This document shows positions 53,878 to 61,513 of a stretch of 61,513 nt of DNA, one piece after another; position 1 is the stretch's first letter, and each line of letters begins with the position of its first letter. The stretch is from positions 1-61,513 of the forward strand of contig DASYQJ010000236.1 in the NCBI GenBank assembly GCA_036005605.1, read 5' to 3'. The stretch is from Acidimicrobiia bacterium. GTDB lineage: Bacteria > Actinomycetota > Acidimicrobiia > IMCC26256 > JACDBD01. The translations under genes were made by a program, and so were the position numbers. Under the pieces are notes generated by a model that saw only the letters and a program-made list of their open reading frames with translations, was not told the origin of the DNA and did not search any database.

Positions 53878-55860
53878 GTGGCGCCGGCGAGCGCTTCGAC
53901 GCGACATGTCCGCCTCGCCTACATGCCCGCACTCGATGGTGTCCGGGCCATGGCCGTTGTCGCCGTGCTGCTGTACCACGCCGACGTCTCGTGGGCCGGG
54001 GGCGGCTACCTCGGGGTCGACGCCTTCTTCGTCCTCAGCGGCTTCCTGATCACGAGCTTGCTGCTGGCCGAATGGCGCGACGAGGGGCGGATCGCGTTGC
54101 CTCCGTTCTGGGCCCGCCGGGCGCGGCGGCTCCTCCCCGCGCTGTTCCTCGTCCTCGCCGCCGTCGCGGCCTACGGCGCGGTGATCGCGGCGCCGGTCGA
54201 GCTCGAGCATCTACGCCACGACGGCCTCGCGGCGCTCGGCTACGTCGCCAACTGGGGGCAGATCTTCTCGCACCAGTCGTACTTCGAGTCGTTCGCAGCG
54301 CCGTCACCCCTGCGTCACACGTGGTCGCTCGCGATCGAGGAGCAGTTCTATCTCGTGTGGCCGCTGCTCGTCGCGGGCGTGCTGCGGTGGCGGCGCGGCT
54401 CGATCCGGTCGCTCACCGCCGTGACCGGCGTGCTGCTGGCGGCGTCAGCGGCGTGGATGATCGTGCTGTACAAGCCGGGTGTCGACCCGACGCGCGTCTA
54501 TTACGGGACGGATACGCGCGCGCAGTCATTGCTGATGGGCGCGCTGTTCGCGCTGTTGTTGACGCGGCTGCGCCGGCCGCTGGGTCCGAACGCGACCCGC
54601 GCGCTCCACGGTGGCGCGTTGGTGGCGGCGCTCTGGCTCGGGTGGATCTGGGTACACACGTCCGAGAACGCCGGTTGGCTCTACCGCGGCGGCTTCACGC
54701 TGTGCGCGCTGCTCGTCGCGATCGTGATCGCGAGCGTGACGCGTCCGATGCCTGGAGTCTTGGGCGCGCTCCTGTCCGTCCGGCCGTTGCGTTGGGTCGG
54801 CGAGGTCTCGTACGGCCTGTACCTCTGGCACTGGCCGCTCTACGTCCTCATCAGTGAGGAACGGACCGGGCTCGGCGGGGTGTCGCTGCTGGCGGCGCGG
54901 CTCGGGGCCTCCTTCGCGACGGCGGCCGTGTCGTTCTATGTCGTCGAGCGTCCGATCCGGCGGGGCGCCCTGCGGCGCTGGCCGGCGCGTGTCACTGCCC
55001 CGGCGACGGCAGGGTTGCTCGCCATGGCGTTGGTGTTCACGACCGGCAATGCGGTGGCGCCGCTGTCCGAGTTCGCCGCCGCCGACCTCGGACCGCCACC
55101 GACCGCGCCGGCCACGCCGCCGGGACAGACGGGGCCCGTGCGCGTGATGGTCGTCGGCGACTCGGTCGCCAACAGCATGGCGCCGGGCTTCGAGCGTGCC
55201 GCGGCGGCGAACGGGCTCTCGGTCTGGAACGCGTCCGTCGACGGCTGCGGCATCACGCAGGACGTCGGTGAGCGGAACGTCTGGGGGTGGGTGGCGGCGA
55301 ACCCCGAGTGCTCACCGGGATGGCGCCAGCGGTGGCCACTCCAGGTCGGTCAGTTCAACCCCGACGTCGTGGTCGTGCTGCTCGGCACCGACGACACCTT
55401 CGACCGCCGGATCGACGGGCGGGAGATCATGTTCGACTCGCCCGAGGGCGACGAGCTCACGCGCAACGAGCTGCAGGAGGCGGTCGCGATCCTGTCTCGA
55501 AGCGGGGCCCGGGTGGTGTTCCTCACTACGCCGTACAACGTGCTCGGTTGGCCGCGCCGGGTGCGCGTCGACCGGTCGACGTACAACCCCGCGTGGGTGG
55601 ATCGCTGGAACAGCAGTCTGCGCGCCGTCGCCACCCGCAATCCCTCGACGACGACGATCGTCGACCTCAACCGCTTCTTGGGCCCCGAAGGCAAGTGGGC
55701 GGACACCGTGGACGGCGTGAAAGTCCACACCTACGACAAGATGCACCTGTCACCCGAGGGCGCCGACCTCGTGGCGGGCTGGCTCGCGCCGCATGTCGTC
55801 CGCCTCGCCCGGGCGCCGGTTCCGACTGCGAACGCGTCGGTCGGTCTCCCCGCCGGCTGA
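53878..55860 (+). CDS. acyltransferase-3 family membrane protein fused to an SGNH hydrolase domain (OafA-like)
   Basis: LDGVRAMAVVAVLLYHA...FFVLSGFLIT marks the AT3 domain, with about 10 TM segments. The C-terminal VMVVGDSVANS is SGNH block I. An ATG at 53923 is an alternative start. Confidence 0.85.
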   Translation: MAPASASTRHVRLAYMPALDGVRAMAVVAVLLYHADVSWAGGGYLGVDAFFVLSGFLITSLLLAEWRDEGRIALPPFWARRARRLLPALFLVLAAVAAYGAVIAAPVELEHLRHDGLAALGYVANWGQIFSHQSYFESFAAPSPLRHTWSLAIEEQFYLVWPLLVAGVLRWRRGSIRSLTAVTGVLLAASAAWMIVLYKPGVDPTRVYYGTDTRAQSLLMGALFALLLTRLRRPLGPNATRALHGGALVAALWLGWIWVHTSENAGWLYRGGFTLCALLVAIVIASVTRPMPGVLGALLSVRPLRWVGEVSYGLYLWHWPLYVLISEERTGLGGVSLLAARLGASFATAAVSFYVVERPIRRGALRRWPARVTAPATAGLLAMALVFTTGNAVAPLSEFAAADLGPPPTAPATPPGQTGPVRVMVVGDSVANSMAPGFERAAAANGLSVWNASVDGCGITQDVGERNVWGWVAANPECSPGWRQRWPLQVGQFNPDVVVVLLGTDDTFDRRIDGREIMFDSPEGDELTRNELQEAVAILSRSGARVVFLTTPYNVLGWPRRVRVDRSTYNPAWVDRWNSSLRAVATRNPSTTTIVDLNRFLGPEGKWADTVDGVKVHTYDKMHLSPEGADLVAGWLAPHVVRLARAPVPTANASVGLPAG

Positions 55861-55864
55861 GCGC

Positions 55865-56326
55865 TCAGAGTCGCTTCCGCAGGAAGCTCCGGTACCGGAT
55901 GTTCTCGCTCCGCACGCGGTCGTTGAACGCCCGGATGAGGGAGTTCTGCTCGGTTCGCATCTCCGCGTGGGTGATCTCGCTGCGGCAGAACCGGTCGTAG
56001 ACCTGCATCAGGGCGGCGTCGAGCCTCTGCGAGGCGCGCTGCAGCTTCTTCTCCGTGCTCAGACGCCGGACGGGCGGGGGCGCCTGGACGCGGCGGTCCG
56101 GCCTGTCCGCGCCGTCGTCTTCTTCGTCGATCCCCCAGCGCGGTCGCGGTCCGCTGGGCACGACCTCTTCTGCCCGCACGTACTGGTCGGCAGCCTTGTT
56201 CACGGTCACGCGCGCCAGCTCCACGCGCTTCATGAGGCGCTCCTGGCACTCTGGGCGCGTGCAGTAGTCGTAGCCCAGCTCCACCCGCCGCGGGTCGACT
56301 TCGTCACCGCAGTTCCTGCACTTCAC
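55865..56326 (-). CDS. hypothetical zinc-ribbon protein
   Basis: VKCRNCGDEVDPRRVELGYDYCTRPEC is a CxxC...CxxxxC arrangement. The GTG at 56326 lies 7 nt after GAGGAG. Confidence 0.5.
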   Translation of the reverse strand: MKCRNCGDEVDPRRVELGYDYCTRPECQERLMKRVELARVTVNKAADQYVRAEEVVPSGPRPRWGIDEEDDGADRPDRRVQAPPPVRRLSTEKKLQRASQRLDAALMQVYDRFCRSEITHAEMRTEQNSLIRAFNDRVRSENIRYRSFLRKRL

Positions 56327-56417
56327 GCCCGAGCTCCTCAGGTTCGTCCGTGGACCCACGTCGCGGGGCCAACCCACGGTCAACGCCGTGCCGTGCTCGC
56401 CCTATTCCGACCGCCGG

Positions 56418-57671
56418 TCACGCGTGGGTCGGTGACGCCAACACTTGTCTCGGTACCTCGCGATGGCGCCGGATGCCGGCGATCGCCGCGACGGTCACCG
56501 CCAGTGTGGCAACCCCGCCGACCCAGAGCCCGGCGCGGGGCCCGAGCTGTTGCGATACCCAGCCGATGATGGGGCCGCCGATCGGCGTGCTGCCCAGGAA
56601 CGCCACCGTGAACAGTGCCGCTACCCGTCCCCGCATTTCGGGCGCGCACTCGGTCTGGAGGACGCCGTTGGACATGGCGGTGAACGCGATGCCCGCCGCA
56701 CCGACCGGAACGAGAACGAGGAGCTCGATCCCGAGGGTCGGCGCGAACGCCGCCACGACGAGCGCGGCGCCGAAGGCGAGCGCGGCGCCGAGGACGAACC
56801 GGCGGGTCGCCTGCGCTTCGTGCGCGCTGACCAGCGCGCCGATGACCGAGCCGATGCTCATGAACGCGTACAGCACGCCGAGCGTCTCCGCGCCGCCGCT
56901 GAAGGTCTCCTTGGCGAGCAACGGCAGCACGACCTGGAAGTTGAACGCCAGCGTGCCGATCACCGCGGTGAGCACGAGGACCAGCCGGAGCGCCGGTGTC
57001 GACCACGCATACCGAAGGCCCTCGCGGAGCTGCCCCTTCCGCTTCGGGACGGGCTCCACGGCAAAGAACTCCTTCTCCCGCATCGCCATGAACGCGAGGA
57101 CGGCCGCCGAATACGACACACCGTTGGCGAAGAAGCACCACGACACACCGAGACCGGCGATGACGAGGCCGGCGATCGCAGGGCCGATCACCCGGGCGGC
57201 CATGAACATCGCGCTGCTCAGGCTCACCGCGTTGCTCACGTGCTCGGTCCCCACCATCTCGACCACGAACGCGCGGCGGGCGGGATTGTCGACGGCGTTC
57301 ACGGCGCCGAGCCCGAGCGCGAGGACGAAGATCATCCAGAGCTGGACGACGCCGAGCGCGGTGACGGCTCCGAGGAGCAGGGCCAGGACGCCCGCGGCGG
57401 CCTGCGTTCCGACGAGCAGCCGACGCTTGTCGACTCGGTCGGCGACGAGGCCGCCCCACGCGCCGACGAGCAGGACGGGTGTGAACTGCAACGCCACGGT
57501 CACACCGAGCGCCACGCCGCTGCCCGTGATCTGGAGCACGAGCCAGGCCTGCGCGATCGATTGCATCCACGTGCCGGTCGTCGAGATCAGCTGCCCGGCG
57601 AAGTACAAGCGGTAGTTGCGGACGCTCATCGACCGGAACGTGAGGCGCGTGGCGCGCCAGAGGCGGGTCAC
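56418..57671 (-). CDS. MFS transporter (EntS / DUF894-like)
   Basis: 417 aa, 12 TM, with an N-terminal NYRLYFAGQLISTTGTWMQSIAQAWLVL. Confidence 0.85.
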   Translation of the reverse strand: MTRLWRATRLTFRSMSVRNYRLYFAGQLISTTGTWMQSIAQAWLVLQITGSGVALGVTVALQFTPVLLVGAWGGLVADRVDKRRLLVGTQAAAGVLALLLGAVTALGVVQLWMIFVLALGLGAVNAVDNPARRAFVVEMVGTEHVSNAVSLSSAMFMAARVIGPAIAGLVIAGLGVSWCFFANGVSYSAAVLAFMAMREKEFFAVEPVPKRKGQLREGLRYAWSTPALRLVLVLTAVIGTLAFNFQVVLPLLAKETFSGGAETLGVLYAFMSIGSVIGALVSAHEAQATRRFVLGAALAFGAALVVAAFAPTLGIELLVLVPVGAAGIAFTAMSNGVLQTECAPEMRGRVAALFTVAFLGSTPIGGPIIGWVSQQLGPRAGLWVGGVATLAVTVAAIAGIRRHREVPRQVLASPTHA

Positions 57672-58120
57672 GACTGCTCCTTTTCCAGGACGCGCTCGAG
57701 GATGTCCGCCGCCCGCTCGAGCGTGTCGCGCTCGTCGGCGGTGAGCGCCGCGAGTTGCTGCTCGAGGTACGCGGTCTTGCGCGAGCGGCTCTGCGCGAGC
57801 AGGCGCCGCCCCTGCGAGGTGATCTCGACGCGCGCGACGCGCCGGTCGCGCGGGTCGGTACGCCGGTGGACGAGGCGCTGCTCCTCGAGTCGTCCGACGG
57901 CGGCGGTGATCGTCGGGGGCCGTACCCGCTCGATGGCGGCGAGAGCGCCGAGGGTCAGCGGGCCATCGCGCTCGATCGTCGCCAGCGCCGCCAGTTGGGT
58001 GGGCGATGCCGCCGCCCCGGTCTGCTGTCGCAGACGGCGGGCCAGCCGCGTCACGACCATGCGCAAGCGGCTCGGCAGCGCCGGGGCGACGGGCTCGGTG
58101 GTGGGGGGCGATCGCGTCAT
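57668..58120 (-). CDS. MarR-family transcriptional regulator
   Basis: LTLGALAAIERVRPPTITAAVGRLEEQRLVHRRTDPRDRRV is a winged HTH. It overlaps the MFS start by 4 nt. I chose the ATG at 58120. Confidence 0.9.
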   Translation of the reverse strand: MTRSPPTTEPVAPALPSRLRMVVTRLARRLRQQTGAAASPTQLAALATIERDGPLTLGALAAIERVRPPTITAAVGRLEEQRLVHRRTDPRDRRVARVEITSQGRRLLAQSRSRKTAYLEQQLAALTADERDTLERAADILERVLEKEQS

Positions 58121-58130
58121 CAATTCAACC

Positions 58131-58168
58131 AACTAGTTAGTCTAGCGAAGTATTCCACACGGGTGGAA
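58131..58168. promoter_or_regulatory. candidate MarR operators in the divergent region
   Basis: A perfect palindrome AACTAGTT (58131-58138) lies 10 nt upstream of the marR ATG. An inverted repeat TTCCAC-acgg-GTGGAA spans 58153-58168. Confidence 0.4.
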
Positions 58169-58282
58169 CGAAAACCGAGTCGGCGGGGTATGACTTGACG
58201 GAACGTGACGTCCGTCGCAAACTGCATTTCGACTTACTTGCACGCTCAGTGAATCTTTTCGGTCTGGACTGGGGGCGTCTCC

Positions 58283-59560
58283 ATGACCACGAACGAGGCC
58301 ACTGTCGGCCGGTACCTGCGCTGGTTCCTCGCCGCACTCTCGGTGGGGGCGGGGTTCATCCACTTCGCCGTCAGCGGCGGCCATTACGACGTGTCGTGGA
58401 TGCACGGCACGTTCTTCGCCGTCGTGGCATGGCTGCAGATCGCGTGGGCCGTGGGCGTCATCCTGCGGCCGACCCGGCGGTTGCTCACCGCCGGCGTGGT
58501 GCTCAACGCCGGGATCGTCGGCGTGTGGGCGGTCTCCCGCATCTGGGGCGTTCCGATCGGTCCCGACGCTTGGACGCCCGAGGCAGTGAGCCTCGCCGAC
58601 CTGCTCTCGAGCGGCTTCGAGGCTGGCATCGTGGTCCTGTCACTCGCGGTGCTGGTGCGGCCGGCCCTCGCGCAGCGCTCGATCCGTCCCTCGTTCGCCA
58701 TCGGCGGTCTCGGTGTCACGGGGCTCGCGGTGGCGGTGGTCTCGACGATCGCGCTGACGCCGTCGTTCGCTTCGGATCACCACGGCCACGGCGCCGAGGA
58801 AGCCGCCGGGCACAGCCACGGCGCGGCCGCGACCGGCGGCCACTCGCACGGGGCGATCGTGAGCAACGCGCCCCGCGGCGACACGCCGTGCGAGCAGTCC
58901 GGTCCGCCCGCCTCCGCCGGTCAGATCGCGAGCGCCGGCGGCCACGGGCATCGCGGGCCCGTGCAGTGGCAGAACATCTCCGACCGCGCGACCCGTGACC
59001 AGCTCGGGCAGCAGCTCGACATCGCCCACCAGGTCACGCTGCAGGACCCGACAGTCGCCGACGCCGAGGGCGCCGGGTACCGCATGGTGACGGGATACGT
59101 GCCGTGCATTGGCGCCCACTACATCAAGGTGAGCAACATGCTCGGCGGCTTCGACCCCGCAAAGCCGTCGATGCTGCTGTACGACGGCACCAACCCCGAC
59201 TCGAAGATCGTGGGACTGAGCTACTCGATCCTCGGCGACCCCAACACCCCGCCCGAAGGCTTCGCCGGCCCGAACGACCCGTGGCACAAGCACGACAAGA
59301 ACGGCGGCCTGTGCATGAAGGGCGGCGTCGTCGTCGGTGCCGAGAGCACGTCCGACGCCGAGTGCGCGGCGCGCGGCGGCAAGAAGCAGGCCCTCCACAA
59401 TCTCTGGATGATGCATGCGTGGACCGCCGACGCCTGGCAGAGCTCGTGGGGTCTCTTCAGCGCCGAGAACCCCGACCTCGGCGGGAAGATCGGCGACATC
59501 AACGGCACGCCCGACGCGGCGTCGAAGAAGCAGCTCGCCAACACGGAGGTTCGGGAGTAG
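58283..59560 (+). CDS. hypothetical membrane protein with a His-rich linker and a Cys-containing ectodomain
   Basis: 425 aa with about 5 N-terminal TM segments. The linker is DHHGHGAEEAAGHSHGAAATGGHSHG, followed by a soluble domain with 4 Cys. Confidence 0.6.
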   Translation: MTTNEATVGRYLRWFLAALSVGAGFIHFAVSGGHYDVSWMHGTFFAVVAWLQIAWAVGVILRPTRRLLTAGVVLNAGIVGVWAVSRIWGVPIGPDAWTPEAVSLADLLSSGFEAGIVVLSLAVLVRPALAQRSIRPSFAIGGLGVTGLAVAVVSTIALTPSFASDHHGHGAEEAAGHSHGAAATGGHSHGAIVSNAPRGDTPCEQSGPPASAGQIASAGGHGHRGPVQWQNISDRATRDQLGQQLDIAHQVTLQDPTVADAEGAGYRMVTGYVPCIGAHYIKVSNMLGGFDPAKPSMLLYDGTNPDSKIVGLSYSILGDPNTPPEGFAGPNDPWHKHDKNGGLCMKGGVVVGAESTSDAECAARGGKKQALHNLWMMHAWTADAWQSSWGLFSAENPDLGGKIGDINGTPDAASKKQLANTEVRE

Positions 59561-59587
59561 CTGACCTCCGTCGAGGAAGAACGTCAA

Positions 59588-59616
59588 CCGAGGCCCGCGC
59601 AGCGCGCGGGCCTCGG
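59588..59616. terminator. perfect 13-bp hairpin between convergent genes
   Basis: CCGAGGCCCGCGC-agc-GCGCGGGCCTCGG. Confidence 0.6.
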
Positions 59617-59632
59617 CGCGTAATCCGAGGAG

Positions 59633-60340
59633 TCAGAAGAGCGGCGACCAGGCGGTGGTGCGGAGGAGCTTGCTCTCCCAGTCGTCGCGCACGTCGAGGG
59701 CGTCGTGCATCCACGTGCCGGGCGCGCGGTACTCGGGCGGGACCTCGGTCGTCACGAGCGGCGTGACGCCCTTGAGCTGCGTGACCTTCTGCCAGAGCAC
59801 GACCTCGCGCCAGCGTCCGGCGCCCCATGCGGGACGGAACACGGCCTGGAGCTCCAGGAGCGATCGCCCCGTGCGCCCGCTCTCGGCGAGGCTCGGCGCG
59901 TAGTTCGTGCGCGCCGCCTCGAGGTACGCGTCGAGCCCGCCCTCGTAGGGCCAGGCGGTGTCCTCCATGAACAGCGTGAGCGGGTGATGACCGCTCGTCG
60001 GCACCGCCGCCAGATCGAGCTCCTCGAGCGGCGACCACGGCACCGGGACGAGCATCTTGGCGGCGACTTCGTGGCGGAGCTGGTCGACGTCGCGCGCCCA
60101 CGGCTGCAGGTCGCCGTCGTGCAACCGGAGCATCAGCCGCTCCCACGCGGCACCGTCGCGGATCGCGGTGATCGTCACGACGTTGTAGGCCCGGCCGGTG
60201 CCGTGCGCGTGGTGGAGGAAGTACAGGAGCCGGGCGTCGTCACCCTTGGCCAGCGAGGGCATCCAGCCCTCCCGGTACACGGCCTCGAACTCCTCCTCGC
60301 GCCGGCCCGCGACCTGGTGCACCTCGTGCAGGAACAGCAT
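59633..60340 (-). CDS. hypothetical protein (tandem NIPSNAP-like / dimeric alpha-beta-barrel halves)
   Basis: 235 aa with good coding composition. It is the last gene of the operon with the UGSC gene. The family call is tentative. Confidence 0.5.
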   Translation of the reverse strand: MLFLHEVHQVAGRREEEFEAVYREGWMPSLAKGDDARLLYFLHHAHGTGRAYNVVTITAIRDGAAWERLMLRLHDGDLQPWARDVDQLRHEVAAKMLVPVPWSPLEELDLAAVPTSGHHPLTLFMEDTAWPYEGGLDAYLEAARTNYAPSLAESGRTGRSLLELQAVFRPAWGAGRWREVVLWQKVTQLKGVTPLVTTEVPPEYRAPGTWMHDALDVRDDWESKLLRTTAWSPLF

Positions 60341-60364
60341 GGATCCTTCGCCCCCCGACGTCGG

Positions 60365-60886
60365 CTACTCGGCGAGGAGCCTACGCAGGATCTCGTCGAG
60401 CGCGCCGTCCGCCAGCGCGCGCAACTCGTCGTCGGTACGGTCCTGGATGGGGTGTGCGACGAACACCCGAGCTGGATCGGCACCGAGCGCACCGGCCTGC
60501 GCGGAGGCGGCGTCGACGAACTCGCTCGACGCGATCATCACGCCGGGCACTCCGCCGCTCTCGAGATTGACGATGTCGTGCACACTGCACGACGTGCACG
60601 AGCCTCAATCGGCGAGCGCCTCGATCACCACGTCGCACTTCGTGCCGATCTCGTGGCGCAGGTCGATCGGCGCCGGCTTCGAGAACGTCGGCTTCGTGAA
60701 GCGCCGGACCTGAAGGCCGCGCTCGGCGAGCTGCTCCTCGAGCCGGTCGAGGAACACGTCGCCGCGGGGCTTGGAGATGTCGAGGAGGCCGACGGTCCGG
60801 CCGTCGAGGGACGCCGGCCGCGGTGACCACTCGCGGGTTGGTGCTGTCCGCTCACCGGTCGGGTCGAGCAGGACAAGTTCGCTCAC
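60365..60886 (-). CDS. probable selenoprotein with a U-G-S-C motif (in-frame TGA at 60605-60607 read as Sec)
   Basis: Track ORFs 60605-61138 and 60365-60583 share one frame and are separated by a single TGA. The junction reads EALAD-U-GSCTSCSVHD. The GTG at 60886 lies after GGGAGG and overlaps the upstream stop. A SECIS-like hairpin sits 11 nt after the TGA. Confidence 0.7.
60575..60593 (-). promoter_or_regulatory. SECIS-like hairpin
   Basis: The minus strand reads GUCGUGCA-GUG-UGCACGAC (8 bp, G/U loop). It begins 11 nt after the UGA. Confidence 0.6.
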
Positions 60887-61513
60887 GGCCTCACCTCCCG
60901 CGTGACGGGCTGGCTGCCGCCGGGCCCGTTGATCCAGCCGCCAATGATGGCCGAGAACAACCCGGCGCCGCCGCCGGCGTGCACGAGCAGGAGGCCGTCG
61001 TCGCGGAACTTCGGCACGGCGGCGCCGGCGAGCCCTTCGGGCAAGCCCTCGGCGATGCCGCCCGCGCCGCGGATCACGTCGTCGCCGTCCAGCTGGAGGA
61101 GTGCGAGGAGCTCGTCGCGCAGGCGGGCCTTCGACCACCCGCCCTCACGGAACACGCGCCCGTGCTCGGGCGACACCACGACGACGACGTCGAAGCCGAG
61201 CGCCATCTTCGGGTGCGGCACCGCCCGGAGGCAGGCGGCGAGCGAGCGCGCCAGTGACTCCGGAGCGCGGCTGAGCTGGTCGACCATCCCGCGCACGCCG
61301 TCACCTGCGAACAGCGTCACCGCCGACGCGTCCGGCGCGAGGCCGTATTCGACGTGCAGCGGCTCCCACGGTGAGCCCGCCTCGTCCTCCGCGAAGCAGA
61401 ACGTGTACTTGCCGGGGTTGCCGAGCGTGGCGCGGTCGACGCCGCCGGGGCGGCCGCCGCCGACGTTGCGCACGACGAGCTGCAGGGCGCGGCCGATCGT
61501 GGCGTTGGCCCGG
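60883..61513 (-). CDS. hypothetical protein, C-terminal part (5' end lies outside the window)
   Basis: The open frame runs to the window edge (...IGRALQLVVRNVGGGRPGGVDRATLGNPGKYTFCFAEDE...LLLVHAGGGAGLFSAIIGGW...). Its stop overlaps the UGSC gene start (GTGA). Confidence 0.5.
   Translation of the reverse strand, partial: RANATIGRALQLVVRNVGGGRPGGVDRATLGNPGKYTFCFAEDEAGSPWEPLHVEYGLAPDASAVTLFAGDGVRGMVDQLSRAPESLARSLAACLRAVPHPKMALGFDVVVVVSPEHGRVFREGGWSKARLRDELLALLQLDGDDVIRGAGGIAEGLPEGLAGAAVPKFRDDGLLLVHAGGGAGLFSAIIGGWINGPGGSQPVTREVRP

Noticed and set aside
59150-59175. A minus-strand 12-mer, cgacggctttgc, identical to the apical part of element copy B.
   Set aside because: It lies inside the coding sequence (GFDPAKPSMLLY), with no flanking stem arms, linker or SD.

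Overview
This 61.5-kb window is very GC-rich and comes from an Actinomycetota-type chromosome. Supporting genes are a WhiB regulator, an F420/LLM oxidoreductase, a DinB/mycothiol-type protein, a PAC2 protein and an amt-glnK-glnD operon. It is densely packed with about 70 protein genes, mostly core metabolism. These include nitrogen sensing, pyrE, amidase and peptidases, two ABC-2 exporters, TldD/PmbA, uppP, plsY-galU-moeA-moaA-moaC, Pol IV and cspA. There is also one tRNA-Ala(CGC) and a fluoride riboswitch in front of a crcB-DUF190-crcB operon. I saw no rRNA, CRISPR array, IS element or integrase. Many long ORFs in the six-frame track are GC-driven antisense or out-of-frame artefacts. Four observations go beyond routine annotation. 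(1) A roughly 63-nt hairpin plus Shine-Dalgarno leader occurs three times with compensatory stem changes, upstream of unrelated genes (NUDIX, MBL hydrolase, moaC). I cannot assign it to any RNA class I know. (2) A gene split in the ORF track by an in-frame TGA reads U-G-S-C and has a SECIS-like hairpin 11 nt downstream, so it is a probable selenoprotein. (3) A 1365-aa kinase-cyclase-STAND-TPR fusion has catalytic motifs that look degenerate. (4) The conserved actinobacterial SAF-FmdB-galU-moeA(glp)-glpR/sepX division neighbourhood is present, here with moaA and moaC inserted. CDS coordinates include the stop codon. Several starts are my own choice within the ORF-track frames.
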